In this document: positions 28,949 through 38,565 of the stretch, one piece after another
Layout of the letters: each line of letters starts with the position of its first letter
How positions within the stretch are numbered: the stretch's first letter is position 1
Source of the DNA: an uncultured Spirochaetales bacterium
GTDB taxonomy: Bacteria; Spirochaetota; Spirochaetia; Treponematales; JBGSOB01
DNA length: 64,000 nt
Direction: 5' to 3'
Assembly: GCA_964399285.1 (NCBI GenBank)
Contig: CAYNQK010000002.1
Coordinates: 512-64,511, forward strand
Position numbers and translations under genes: made by a program
The notes under the pieces: generated by a model
What the model was told of the DNA's origin: nothing
Seen by the model: only the letters and a program-made list of their open reading frames with translations
Database searches by the model: none

Positions 28949-29610
28949 GCCGCGTCGCCATCGAAGAACGCCGCGATGCCGGCCGGATCGTCGACGACCG
29001 ATACGCACCTCACGTCCGACACGCCAGTCCCGGGCTTGAATCCGAACCCGTACGTCACCGCCATGAAATCGATCCCGATCGATTGCGCGCTTTGGGCGTC
29101 AGAAAGAGTATCGCCGACGTAGATGACGCGATGCGGATCGCTTATCCCCATCTCCTTCATCGTGAGTCCGATGATGTCCTTCTTCCTGAGCTTGTTCTCG
29201 TTATCGGCGCCGTTTATCGACTCGCACAGGGCGCCGAAGCCGAAATGGTTCACGATCTCGACCGCGTAATCTGCCCGCTTGTAGGTGGCTATGCCGAGGC
29301 GCGATCCCGCCCTCTTGACGCTCCCCAGGGCCTCCATGATGCCCGCGTAAGGCTCCGCCTCTAGGAGATGCTCGCCTTTGTACCGTTTTCTGAAAATCTC
29401 GGCTGCCGCCTGCGCGTCCACCGCGTTCATGCCGTATTCCCTGGCGAATGACTCCTGTACCGGCGGGCCTATGAAGGTCATGAGCTTCTCCGGGCTCAGG
29501 GGAGGCAGGCGCATCTCCTCTATAGTATCCCTCACGGAAGCCGTGATGCCCGCGGTCGTGTCGAGGAGAGTCCCGTCAACGTCGAAAATGACGGAGTCGT
29601 ACTTCCTCAT
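28945..29610 (-). CDS. HAD-superfamily hydrolase (phosphoglycolate-phosphatase-like, subfamily IA)
   Basis: 221-aa ORF with motif I VIFDVDGTLLDT, motif II IATYK and motif IV YVGDTLSD. Confidence 0.8.
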   Translation of the reverse strand: MRKYDSVIFDVDGTLLDTTAGITASVRDTIEEMRLPPLSPEKLMTFIGPPVQESFAREYGMNAVDAQAAAEIFRKRYKGEHLLEAEPYAGIMEALGSVKRAGSRLGIATYKRADYAVEIVNHFGFGALCESINGADNENKLRKKDIIGLTMKEMGISDPHRVIYVGDTLSDAQSAQSIGIDFMAVTYGFGFKPGTGVSDVRCVSVVDDPAGIAAFFDGDAA

Positions 29611-31214
29611 GCGTTTCCTTTGCAGTAGGCGGAGGGAGTAATGAAATCCACCTTTATGCGGTCGCCGAGCCGCTGGAGCTCCGCCTTAACCGCGTCGTTC
29701 CGCTTCATCACGTCATCGTCGCAATACAGGTACTTTACGTAGTTCGAGCTGTAATCCGATCCTCCGCTGGAAGAATACCCGTCGAATCCCGCGACGGAAA
29801 CCCTGTCCTTTCCGACCTTGAGAAGGGCCTTGAGAAGCATCAGTGCCGGGTTGTCCCGCACGACTTTCTCCTCGCACATGAGGGACTTGAAATCGAGGAG
29901 ATAATCGATGCCTTCGCCCGCGTCGCCGATGTTGGACGTGCAAATGATTTTTTCCTTCCTCCCAGGCTCATGAATCCTATCGTAGAACTGGTTGTACCTC
30001 TTCGGATTCCCCATGAAGACGAAATCGACGTCGAATTCGTCGGGAACGAAATTTATGGAAAATACGAGAGGGCGCGCAGCCTTCAGGAATCGATCAATAT
30101 CATCCCGGTTCCTCTCGAGCGTCGCTCCCGGCGCGAGCACCAGGACTTCCCTACTGGCCACTTCCGTTCCGAGCCTCTCATAGGCGTCCCTGTCATCGAA
30201 GGAACGCTGCTGGAATTCCGCGGCGAGGCGCTCGATCAAGTCCTTCTTATACGCGAGGCGCTCCGGAACGGGGATCCTCTGGAGGATCGCGTTGATGGAC
30301 TTCACCGAGAAAGTCTTCCGCGAGATGAGGTCCTTGACGTAGTCCGGATGGCAATCGTTGAGGGCGGAAATGTAATGCTGGAGCGAATAACCCCAATACC
30401 GCTTCTCGTACTCCTTCATGATGTCCACGTCGATCGTCTCGAGCAGCTGGTCTATGTCGTAATGGCCGCCGTGAGCGCGGTTCATGTTCATGGCCAGGAG
30501 CTCGGTATTCGCGTTTCCGGCCCCCTTTCCCATACCGTACAGCGATCCGTCCAGCATGAGGACGCGGTTCGAGTCCGTTTTCGCGAGCTCAATGCAGTTT
30601 GAATAAGCGAGCTGAAAATTGTTGTGCGAATGGTACCCGATCATGGTTTCCGGGGACAGCGCCCCGTTCATCAGCTCGAAGAAGTGCATCATCTGTTCTT
30701 TATGCATGAGCCCGTACGTATCAACGACTGATACCGAGAACGGGTTTATCGATTCCAGCATTCCAAGCAAGGAGGCCATTTCCTCATCGGAGTAGCTCGT
30801 CACGGAGACCGGCTGCGCGAAGACGCGATATCCCCTGTCGCGGATTCCCGCGCAGAACTCCACGGCGGCCGTCATATCCTTCTTCTTGAAAATGACGCGT
30901 ATACCGTCGAAGATCGTCTCGGCGGCGGGCTGGACCCGCTCGATCGGACAGGTTCCGAAATCGATCATGCCGACGATCATCGAGTTTTTCTTGTCCACGT
31001 TCTTCATCACGGGATTGAAGGACGCGGGATCGGGCCTGATGCTGCGGTCGGGATCGTATTCCACGCGCGCGTCGATGAATCCGAGCTCAATCACGTCGAT
31101 GCCCGCCCTCGCGAGCCGCGATATCACGCTTTTAATGCTTCCGAGGCCGAAGTTCCAATCATTGACGAAACCGCCGTCGCGCAAAGTACAATCAAGGATT
31201 TTGATCGATTTCAT
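29607..31214 (-). CDS. DRE-TIM (HMGL-like) aldolase domain fused to a C-terminal domain of uncertain function (possibly DUF115/MptE-like)
   Basis: 535-aa ORF. The N terminus KILDCTLRDGGFVNDWNFG...IDVIELGF...HSHNNFQLAYSN is the pyruvate-carboxyltransferase/aldolase fold. The ~220-aa C-terminal part (VLVLAPGATL...VFSINFVPDEFDVDFVFMGNPKRY...VAGFDGY) is only tentatively assigned. Confidence 0.6.
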   Translation of the reverse strand: MKSIKILDCTLRDGGFVNDWNFGLGSIKSVISRLARAGIDVIELGFIDARVEYDPDRSIRPDPASFNPVMKNVDKKNSMIVGMIDFGTCPIERVQPAAETIFDGIRVIFKKKDMTAAVEFCAGIRDRGYRVFAQPVSVTSYSDEEMASLLGMLESINPFSVSVVDTYGLMHKEQMMHFFELMNGALSPETMIGYHSHNNFQLAYSNCIELAKTDSNRVLMLDGSLYGMGKGAGNANTELLAMNMNRAHGGHYDIDQLLETIDVDIMKEYEKRYWGYSLQHYISALNDCHPDYVKDLISRKTFSVKSINAILQRIPVPERLAYKKDLIERLAAEFQQRSFDDRDAYERLGTEVASREVLVLAPGATLERNRDDIDRFLKAARPLVFSINFVPDEFDVDFVFMGNPKRYNQFYDRIHEPGRKEKIICTSNIGDAGEGIDYLLDFKSLMCEEKVVRDNPALMLLKALLKVGKDRVSVAGFDGYSSSGGSDYSSNYVKYLYCDDDVMKRNDAVKAELQRLGDRIKVDFITPSAYCKGNA

Positions 31215-33010
31215 AGCCTTCCCTCCTTGTATTTGTTCGCGGAGTGCTCTTCCTCGGACAGGAAGGGATGCATCTCATCGAGCGGCGCCGATACCATCCT
31301 GCCGTCGGGGAGGAGCTTCGAGGCCGATTTCGGGGAGAACGGCTGAGCCTTGTCGACGAGCACCTCGCAAAGGACGGGCGTATCGTCCGCGAGCAGCCTC
31401 TCAGCGAGGCCGTCGGCCTCCGTCATATCCGCGACCCGCGCGTACGCGAGACCGTATGCCGTCGCCAATGCCTTGAAATCCGGGAATCCGAGCCCTGAAG
31501 CGGCGTCGATGCCGGCGTATCTTCCCATAAAGAAATTCCCCTGGGTCTGCCTGATAGAATGGTATCCTTCGTTATTGATCACGATGAGCTTGAGCGGAAG
31601 CCGGTTGCGCGCAACCGTGGCGAGCTCCTGTACGTTCATCTGGAGGCTTCCATCGCCCTCGATGCAGACGACCTTGCGCTCGCCGAGCGCCCTGCAGGCG
31701 CCGATAGCCGCCGGAAGGCCGTATCCCATGGAGGCGCAGCCGGAATTCGTGAAGATCCTCTGGCCCCGCTTAATCCGGGCTGTCTGGAACGGGATGACGC
31801 ATGCCGATCCGTTGGAGCACACGGTCGTCTGGCCTTCGGGGAGGTCTCCGAGGAAGCCATCGAAGAACGCGTAGGGATTCAATCGATCCGTTCTCGACGC
31901 CTCCGCCGCGGCAGGGTATTTACGGCTTATCTTCCTGCACCAATCGAGCCAGCCGGATCCGCTCCCGTACTCCTTCCGGTACCCGGCGGCGAGAACGGCC
32001 TTCATGAAAAGCCCGCAATCGGATATGACGGGCATGTCGACGCGGAAGGTCTTTTTCCGGGTCTCGGCCTCGTCTATGTCGACCATGACCTTGAAGGCGT
32101 TCGGCGCCACCTCGTCCCAGGCGTAGCCGATCTGCCGGAGATTCATCCTGCAACCGAGCACGAGAAGGAGGTCGCAGTCCTGGAATACGTAATTCCCTCC
32201 GCGCGTCCCGATCGTGCCGGGGCGTCCGGCGTAGAAAGGATCTTCGTCTTCCATGAGATCGTGCGAATTCCAGGCAGTCATCGCGGGGACATTCAAGGTC
32301 CTGGCGAATTCCGGAAAAAGCTCTGCGTTTCCCGACATCCTCACCCCGGAACCGCCGATGATCGCAGGCCGCTTCGAAGCGCGAAGACGCTCCAGGAAGG
32401 CGGCGACTTCGCTCGCGGACGGCGCCTTCGGTCCAGAAGGAACCGCTTCAGCGTCCGGGAGCGATGGCATGGCGTCGAGGTCGACCTGCGCCGCCTGGAC
32501 GTTGAGCGGAATGTCGATCCAGACGGGGCCGGGCCGGCCGGAACGCGCGATCGCCAGAGCGCGCTCGAGGCTCCTGCGGATTTCAAGGGGCTCCGTGACC
32601 ATCTCGGCCCGCTTCGTCATCGCCCGCACCGCGTCAACGATATTGAATTCCTGATCGCCGAGCTGACGCAGTCCCGATCCCGGCACGGAGGCGAGCGTGC
32701 ACTCGAATTTCACCTGTCCTGATATGACGAGCATCGGGATGAAGTCGAGCCAGGCCCCCAAAACCCCGGTCAGGGCGTTCGTGCCCCCCGGTCCCGTCGT
32801 GACGCAGACGGCTGGCATTCTGCCCGAGGCCTTGAAATACCCCTCGGCGGCTATGGCCGCCGCCTGCTCGTGATGGAAGTACGTGCACCGAAGCCGTTGA
32901 TGGCTACCGAAGGCGTCGTTGAGGTGCATGGCGCCGCCGCCCGTCACCGTGAAAATATCAGTGACGCCGTTCTCAACGAGAAAATCGGCGATGAAATCCG
33001 CGAGTCTCAT
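31211..33010 (-). CDS. Thiamine-diphosphate-dependent enzyme, acetolactate-synthase-like (YerE-like candidate)
   Basis: 599-aa ORF with a TPP_enzyme N domain (FTVTGGGAMHLNDA...VCVTTGPGGTNALTG), a central domain and a C-terminal TPP-binding GDGSLQMNVQEL...NNEGY motif. ATGA overlaps on both sides. Confidence 0.85.
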   Translation of the reverse strand: MRLADFIADFLVENGVTDIFTVTGGGAMHLNDAFGSHQRLRCTYFHHEQAAAIAAEGYFKASGRMPAVCVTTGPGGTNALTGVLGAWLDFIPMLVISGQVKFECTLASVPGSGLRQLGDQEFNIVDAVRAMTKRAEMVTEPLEIRRSLERALAIARSGRPGPVWIDIPLNVQAAQVDLDAMPSLPDAEAVPSGPKAPSASEVAAFLERLRASKRPAIIGGSGVRMSGNAELFPEFARTLNVPAMTAWNSHDLMEDEDPFYAGRPGTIGTRGGNYVFQDCDLLLVLGCRMNLRQIGYAWDEVAPNAFKVMVDIDEAETRKKTFRVDMPVISDCGLFMKAVLAAGYRKEYGSGSGWLDWCRKISRKYPAAAEASRTDRLNPYAFFDGFLGDLPEGQTTVCSNGSACVIPFQTARIKRGQRIFTNSGCASMGYGLPAAIGACRALGERKVVCIEGDGSLQMNVQELATVARNRLPLKLIVINNEGYHSIRQTQGNFFMGRYAGIDAASGLGFPDFKALATAYGLAYARVADMTEADGLAERLLADDTPVLCEVLVDKAQPFSPKSASKLLPDGRMVSAPLDEMHPFLSEEEHSANKYKEGRL

Positions 33011-34071
33011 TCTTTCTCCCGCGCAGCGACGCGTTCCGCGCCGTTCCCGCGCTCATCCTTGTGATAATCCCTCGTTCGCGCGATCGCCTCGGACAGGGAC
33101 CTATTTCTTATTTCAGGGAGTTCCGTCTCGATCTTCGAGATATCTGGCAGGTAATCCTGGTTCCTGTCCGTCGGCCTCGACTGCCCGAGGACTTCGACGG
33201 GAACCGCTCCGAACGCGTTCGACACCGCGCCGCCGAGCTCGGCGATGGAGACGGCTTCCCCGGAACCGACGTTGTACGCCTCTCCGGGCTTCCCGTCGAT
33301 CAAGAGAAACAACAGCGCCTTCGCCATATCCGCGGCGTACTGGTAGCTCCTCCTCGGCTTTCCGTCGCCGTTGATCCTGATCGCCTTGCCGTCGAGCCCG
33401 TCGCGGATGAAATTCCCGATGGCGAAATGCGCGTCGAGCGGCAAGTACGGGCCGACGAAGGCGAAGCAACGAGCGATGACGGCATCGCAGCCGTTCTTCT
33501 TAGCGGCGCATACGGTATAGAGTTCGGCGAGGCGCTTCGCGACGCCGTAAGCCTGCGCCGGATCTAGCGAAGACGGAGCGCCCTCGTAATCCTCGCAGAA
33601 TGCTCTTAAGCCCGTCGGCGGCTTCCCGTACACGGCGCCTGAGCTGATGAAGAGCGATCTCTCGGCGTTCACAGCGCAAACACGCCGCGCGCCATCCACG
33701 ATGGTGTCCATCATGAGGAGCGGCGCCTCGGCGTTGAGCGCCGCGCTCGCTTCCGTGGCGCCGTTCACGACGAGGTCCGCCTCTATTCCAGCGGGATCGA
33801 AAGTCCTGACGTCGCCCTTGATGAATTCTACGTCGCCGAGCGAGGCGATCTCGGGCCGCTTCCGCTTGAAGGCTTCGGGATCGCGGCTCAAGAGGGTCAA
33901 CCGCATTCCGAGCCGCGCTTCCCGATTGGCCCACAGCAAGGCCCCCGTGAGCCAAGAGCCGATGAAGCCCGTGCCCCCGGTCATGAAGACGCGCTTTCCG
34001 CGGAACGCGTCCGAGCGCCCTTCGAGGGAGGTTAAGATATCCTGGAAGTCCTCTCGCAGGATCCGGTTCAT
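33007..34071 (-). CDS. NAD(P)-dependent epimerase/dehydratase-family SDR (candidate sugar keto-reductase, YerF-like)
   Basis: Start at the ATG at 34071 (ATGA overlap). Rossmann motif VFMTGGTGFIGSWL and catalytic YGVAK (YxxxK). Confidence 0.75.
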   Translation of the reverse strand: MNRILREDFQDILTSLEGRSDAFRGKRVFMTGGTGFIGSWLTGALLWANREARLGMRLTLLSRDPEAFKRKRPEIASLGDVEFIKGDVRTFDPAGIEADLVVNGATEASAALNAEAPLLMMDTIVDGARRVCAVNAERSLFISSGAVYGKPPTGLRAFCEDYEGAPSSLDPAQAYGVAKRLAELYTVCAAKKNGCDAVIARCFAFVGPYLPLDAHFAIGNFIRDGLDGKAIRINGDGKPRRSYQYAADMAKALLFLLIDGKPGEAYNVGSGEAVSIAELGGAVSNAFGAVPVEVLGQSRPTDRNQDYLPDISKIETELPEIRNRSLSEAIARTRDYHKDERGNGAERVAAREKE

Positions 34072-35150
34072 TCCTTTTCTCCGGCCTCCGCGTACTCGCC
34101 GATCTGCCTCGCGCATACGCTCGCGGGAGGCTCTCCGGACAACCGCGCTTTTTCCCAAGCGACGCTCTTCTCGAGGGCGGTGGCGAGGTCCCATCGAGGC
34201 TTCCAGCCGATCCGCGACCTGATCTTCGAGCAATCGAGCTTGAGGTAATTCGCCTCGTGCGGGTGGGGTCCCTTATCGATCTCGTATTCCGCGTTTTCGC
34301 CCCAGAGGTCCTTGAGCCTCTGTACGATCCATCCGACGGGCCTCGCGTCCTCGTCGTTCGGTCCTACGTTCCACCCCTCGGCGCAGTCGTTGCTCCCGTA
34401 CAAGCGCTCCGCGAGCTCGATATACGCGGAGAGCGGCTCGAGGACGTGCTGCCAGGGGCGCGTCGACTCGGGATTCCTGATCCGGACCTTCTCGCCCTTT
34501 CCGAAGGCCCTGAGGCAATCGGGCACGAGGCGGTCCGGGGCCCAATCCCCTCCGCCGATCACGTTCCCCGCCCGGGCCGTCGCTATGGCGGCATGGTGGC
34601 TCTGCCCGTACTCCGCGACGTTGAAGAATGAATTGCGATAGGACGCGGCGACGATCTCGGCGCAGGCCTTGGACGCGGAATACGGATCGTATCCCCCGAA
34701 GGCCTCGTCCTCGCGGTACCCCCAGGGCCATTCCCTGTTTTCATAGACCTTATCCGTCGTGATCACGAGAATCGACCGCAGCTCGGGGCAGGAACGCGCG
34801 GCTTCGAGGACGTTCGCCGTGCCGATGACGTTCGTCTGGTACGTGCCGAGCGGATCCTTGTAGGATTCGCGCACTATGGGCTGCGCGGCGAGATGCATGA
34901 GGACGTCCGGCTTGAAGGCCTTCATCGAGGTCCTGAGCGCGTTCAAGTCGCGGATGTCGCCGATCGCATGTTCCATGCGGCGGTCCAGGCCGAGCAGGAC
35001 GAAAAGACTCGGATCCGTCGCGGGACCGAGGGAATATCCGCGGATCTCCGCCCCCATGGAGAGCAGCCATTCGCAGAGCCAGCTCCCCTTGAATCCGGTA
35101 TGCCCCGTCACGAAGACGCGCTTTCGGCGCCAGAACGCCGCGCCTTTCAT
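34068..35150 (-). CDS. rfbG: CDP-glucose 4,6-dehydratase
   Basis: Start at the ATG at 35150 (ATGA overlap). [27 protein letters not shown] and YSASKACAE are hallmarks of RfbG/DdhB. It is adjacent to rfbF. Confidence 0.9.
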   Translation of the reverse strand: MKGAAFWRRKRVFVTGHTGFKGSWLCEWLLSMGAEIRGYSLGPATDPSLFVLLGLDRRMEHAIGDIRDLNALRTSMKAFKPDVLMHLAAQPIVRESYKDPLGTYQTNVIGTANVLEAARSCPELRSILVITTDKVYENREWPWGYREDEAFGGYDPYSASKACAEIVAASYRNSFFNVAEYGQSHHAAIATARAGNVIGGGDWAPDRLVPDCLRAFGKGEKVRIRNPESTRPWQHVLEPLSAYIELAERLYGSNDCAEGWNVGPNDEDARPVGWIVQRLKDLWGENAEYEIDKGPHPHEANYLKLDCSKIRSRIGWKPRWDLATALEKSVAWEKARLSGEPPASVCARQIGEYAEAGEKE

Positions 35151-35923
35151 TTCCAAGCCCTCCAGGGCGCCTTGCCCTCGGCCCAGAGCCGTTCGAGCTC
35201 CTGTTTGTCGCGGAGCGTGTCCATGGGCCGCCAGAATCCCTCGTGCCGGTAGGCGCCGAGTTGCCCGTCGCGCGCGAGGCCCTCGAGCGGGCCGCGCTCC
35301 CACACCGTCATGTCGCCGTCATTGATATAGTCGAAGACTCCGGGTTCGCAGACGAAGAATCCCGCATTGATCCAAGCGCCCTCGCCCGCGGGCTTCTCCT
35401 TAAAGGACACGACCGCGCTGTTCGCCGCCATGTCGATCGCCCCGAATCGTCCATGCGGCTGGACGGCGGTCAGGGTGGCGAGCCGCTTCGATTCCTCATG
35501 GAACCTGAGGAGGGCCGGGATATCGACGTCTCCGACCCCGTCCCCGTACGTGAGCATGAAAGGTCCGCCGTCGACGTATTCGCGGATCCTCGCGATCCTG
35601 CCGCCCGTCATCGTATCGAGCCCCGTGTCTACGAGGGTGACGCGCCACGGATCCGCGTGCTTGTGATGGACCTCCATCTCGTTATTGGCCATGTCGAAGG
35701 TTACGTCCGCCATGTGCAGGAAGTAGTTGGCGAAGTATTCCTTGATGACGTAGCCCTTATAACCGCAACAGATCACGAAGTCGTCGAATCCATGGCTCGA
35801 GTAAATCTTCATGATGTGCCAGAGGATCGGTTTACCGCCGATCTCCACCATCGGCTTGGGCCGGAGTTCAGTCTCTTCGGACAAGCGCGTACCGTATCCG
35901 CCGGCGAGAATAACAACTTTCAT
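35147..35923 (-). CDS. rfbF: Glucose-1-phosphate cytidylyltransferase
   Basis: 258-aa [67 protein letters not shown] matches RfbF/DdhA throughout. Confidence 0.92.
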   Translation of the reverse strand: MKVVILAGGYGTRLSEETELRPKPMVEIGGKPILWHIMKIYSSHGFDDFVICCGYKGYVIKEYFANYFLHMADVTFDMANNEMEVHHKHADPWRVTLVDTGLDTMTGGRIARIREYVDGGPFMLTYGDGVGDVDIPALLRFHEESKRLATLTAVQPHGRFGAIDMAANSAVVSFKEKPAGEGAWINAGFFVCEPGVFDYINDGDMTVWERGPLEGLARDGQLGAYRHEGFWRPMDTLRDKQELERLWAEGKAPWRAWK

Positions 35924-37224
35924 AGAATCCTCCTATGCGGATCGGTTTCAAATATCTGTTCTACCGACTTTTTCAGAAGGGTGAAAAGGATCATAAAAGT
36001 CATGATTGCCAAATTGATCGGAACGTTGATGCTAAGGCCGCCGATTATTATTACGTAATCTTTGGGTATGAATAATAAACCATAACATATCGAGTAAATC
36101 ATAATCACTCTTTTTCCTAGATCACCTGTATCATAGATGAACATGAAAAACGGTATAAGGAAGCATATTAATTTGTAATCGTAGGACACATAAGGGAAAA
36201 GCACGAGGATGCTTACGAGGACTTGGGCAATTTCGAATGTTCGCAAGTCTTTCTTCACAAAAATAACGATGCATATGGCCAGAAAGAGAACAATCACTAT
36301 AGCCGCGTACGGTTTGGACATCGCAAGCTCTATCGCCCTTGAAGGCACGTAGCCCGGAGCCGATTTTCCTAGAATCCCGAGATAGGAAAGAACGATAAGC
36401 TTGATTACGCCGAACAATGTAGGGCTGTACTGGATTCCGTTGACATCGAACGACCTACCAAAAAATTTTCTGAACTCATGGAGCATGGAAAGAATATTAT
36501 TGATGACTCCTCCCTTGAAAGCGAGGAGTGGCAGGATGAAAAACGCGACGCATAATCCTAAGGCGAGTAATATTAATTTTACTTTTTTGTCTTTCACCAG
36601 GATAAGGATGAAAATGCCTGGGTAGATCTTCATTGATATTGCTATACTCAGGCAGATCACGCTAAGGATATGCCGATCCGTATAATAAAAATAGAAAAAA
36701 GCACCGACAAACAGGAATAAGTAAATCTCGATATTTCCCCTGTCGATGGAAAAAAGCAAGGGGTAAGCACAGCAGGCGATAACGAGAATGGAGAGGGCCT
36801 TTTCTTTATTGGCGAAGCATAACGACCCTATAAATAACGCGTAAACAACAAGGAAAATCCCTAAAAAAAGCGATAATGACAAATATTTACTCGGGATGAC
36901 GGAAAAAAACCAAAATAATAAATTCGGCAATGGCAGATAGTTGCTTTGAAAGAAATGGTTTGAGTTGTAAGGGGACCGGTCACCAGAAATCCCGTACATA
37001 TTTGAAAAGTCCCGAAAACAATTATCCGGCCGGAAAAGGAACGTGCTAAAAGGATACCCGAGGCCGAAGTACGAAGCCAACGCATAATGGAATGCCACTG
37101 CGCAAAAAAAACCGCAGAACACTATGATGGCGGTGACATTGAGCGCCTCTGCCCTGAGCATGGGTATTCCGAGAAGCCTTCGCACATCCGCTCTTTGGTT
37201 CCAGAGCGTGTTCTGACCTTCCAT
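35920..37224 (-). CDS. AT-rich polytopic membrane protein, putative repeat-unit polymerase (Wzy-like) or GT-C glycosyltransferase
   Basis: 434-aa ORF with about 10-12 TM segments and a Phe/Ile/Leu/Tyr-rich composition. It sits between rfbH and rfbF with TAA-ATG abutment upstream and an ATGA overlap downstream. I recognise no soluble domain. Confidence 0.5.
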   Translation of the reverse strand: MEGQNTLWNQRADVRRLLGIPMLRAEALNVTAIIVFCGFFCAVAFHYALASYFGLGYPFSTFLFRPDNCFRDFSNMYGISGDRSPYNSNHFFQSNYLPLPNLLFWFFSVIPSKYLSLSLFLGIFLVVYALFIGSLCFANKEKALSILVIACCAYPLLFSIDRGNIEIYLFLFVGAFFYFYYTDRHILSVICLSIAISMKIYPGIFILILVKDKKVKLILLALGLCVAFFILPLLAFKGGVINNILSMLHEFRKFFGRSFDVNGIQYSPTLFGVIKLIVLSYLGILGKSAPGYVPSRAIELAMSKPYAAIVIVLFLAICIVIFVKKDLRTFEIAQVLVSILVLFPYVSYDYKLICFLIPFFMFIYDTGDLGKRVIMIYSICYGLLFIPKDYVIIIGGLSINVPINLAIMTFMILFTLLKKSVEQIFETDPHRRIL

Positions 37225-38565
37225 TTAGCTTTTCCATCCCATCTTCAGGAACTCGCCGATCGCTGAAAGCGCGTATACAATGCGCGCCTCATCCAATCCC
37301 GGGAACGCCCCCAAAAAGAAGGTATCGTTCATAGCGATGTCCGTGTTCGGGAGGCCGCCGGGCGCCATGCGGTGCGCGATGCCCTCGTACGCCGGCTGCC
37401 TCAGGATGTTCCCCGCGAAAAGGTTCCTCGTCTCCACGCGATGCGCGTTCAGGTAGTCCGTGAGCTCGGTCCTCGTGAACCCGGCATCGGGCTTGACGGT
37501 GACGGGATACGCGAACCAGGAGGGGTCGGATTTCGCCGTCGCTCGGGGCAGTATGAAATACCGCTCGTACTGCCCGAAACCTTCGGTCCATCGCTTGAAG
37601 TTCTCCTTGCGCCGCGCGATGAATTCCGGAAGCTTCTTCATCTGCTCCACTCCGATCGCGGCCTGGATGTCCGTGACCTTGAGGTTGTACCCGATGTGGG
37701 AGTACACGTACTTGTGGTCGTAGCCCGCGGGGAGCGTCCCGTACCGTCCGGTGAAGCGCTTGCCGCAGGTATTGCTCTCCCCGCCCGAGCAGTAGCAATC
37801 GCGTCCCCAGTCGCGGATTGACCGGGCCGCTCGCGCGAGAATCTCGTCGTTCGTGAAGACGCAGCCTCCCTCGCCCATGGTGATGTGGTGAGCGGGATAG
37901 AAGGAACAGGTGGCGATGTGCCCGAAAGTGCCGACCTTCCTGCCCGCGTACGTCGATCCCAGGGCGTCGCAGCAATCTTCCACGAGCCAGAGCCCCTTCT
38001 CCTCGACGACCTCCATGACCGCGTCGAGGTCGTAGGGATTCCCGAGGGTATGCGCGAGGAAGACGGCCTTCGTCTTCGGCCCGATCGCCTTCCTGAGCTG
38101 TTCGACGTTGACGTTGTACGTGCCGATATCGATATCGACGAAAACCGGGACCATGCCGTTCTGGATGACGGGATTGACCGTGGTCGGGAAGCCGGCCGCC
38201 ACGGAAATCACCTCATCGCCCGGCTTCAAGGCCTTTTCGCCGAGGAGCGGGGAGGTCAAGGCGCTGAAAGCGACGAGATTCGCGGAGGACCCCGAGTTCA
38301 CGAGGAAGGCGAACTCGCTCTCGACGAAGTCCGCGAACGCGCCCTCGAATTCCTCGGAGAACCTGCCCGAGGTGAGCCAGAAATCCAGGCACGCGTCCAC
38401 GCCGGCCTGAAGCTCCTTCTCGTCGAAGACCCTTCCCGCGTAACGGACCATGTCCTTTTCCGCGTCGAAGGCCTTCACCGGGAATTTGACCCGATAATAT
38501 TCCGCCACGAGCGAGGCGATTTCTTCCCTGAGCCGTTTCTCATCCTTCACGTTCGTCACTCCCAT
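37225..38565 (-). CDS. rfbH: CDP-6-deoxy-L-threo-D-glycero-4-hexulose-3-dehydrase (E1, PMP-dependent)
   Basis: 446-aa DegT/DnrJ-fold protein. The E1-specific FYPAHHITMGEGG has His in place of the PLP lysine. The Cys-rich DWGRDCYCSGGESNTCGKRF segment is the Fe-S site. Confidence 0.9.
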   Translation of the reverse strand: MGVTNVKDEKRLREEIASLVAEYYRVKFPVKAFDAEKDMVRYAGRVFDEKELQAGVDACLDFWLTSGRFSEEFEGAFADFVESEFAFLVNSGSSANLVAFSALTSPLLGEKALKPGDEVISVAAGFPTTVNPVIQNGMVPVFVDIDIGTYNVNVEQLRKAIGPKTKAVFLAHTLGNPYDLDAVMEVVEEKGLWLVEDCCDALGSTYAGRKVGTFGHIATCSFYPAHHITMGEGGCVFTNDEILARAARSIRDWGRDCYCSGGESNTCGKRFTGRYGTLPAGYDHKYVYSHIGYNLKVTDIQAAIGVEQMKKLPEFIARRKENFKRWTEGFGQYERYFILPRATAKSDPSWFAYPVTVKPDAGFTRTELTDYLNAHRVETRNLFAGNILRQPAYEGIAHRMAPGGLPNTDIAMNDTFFLGAFPGLDEARIVYALSAIGEFLKMGWKS

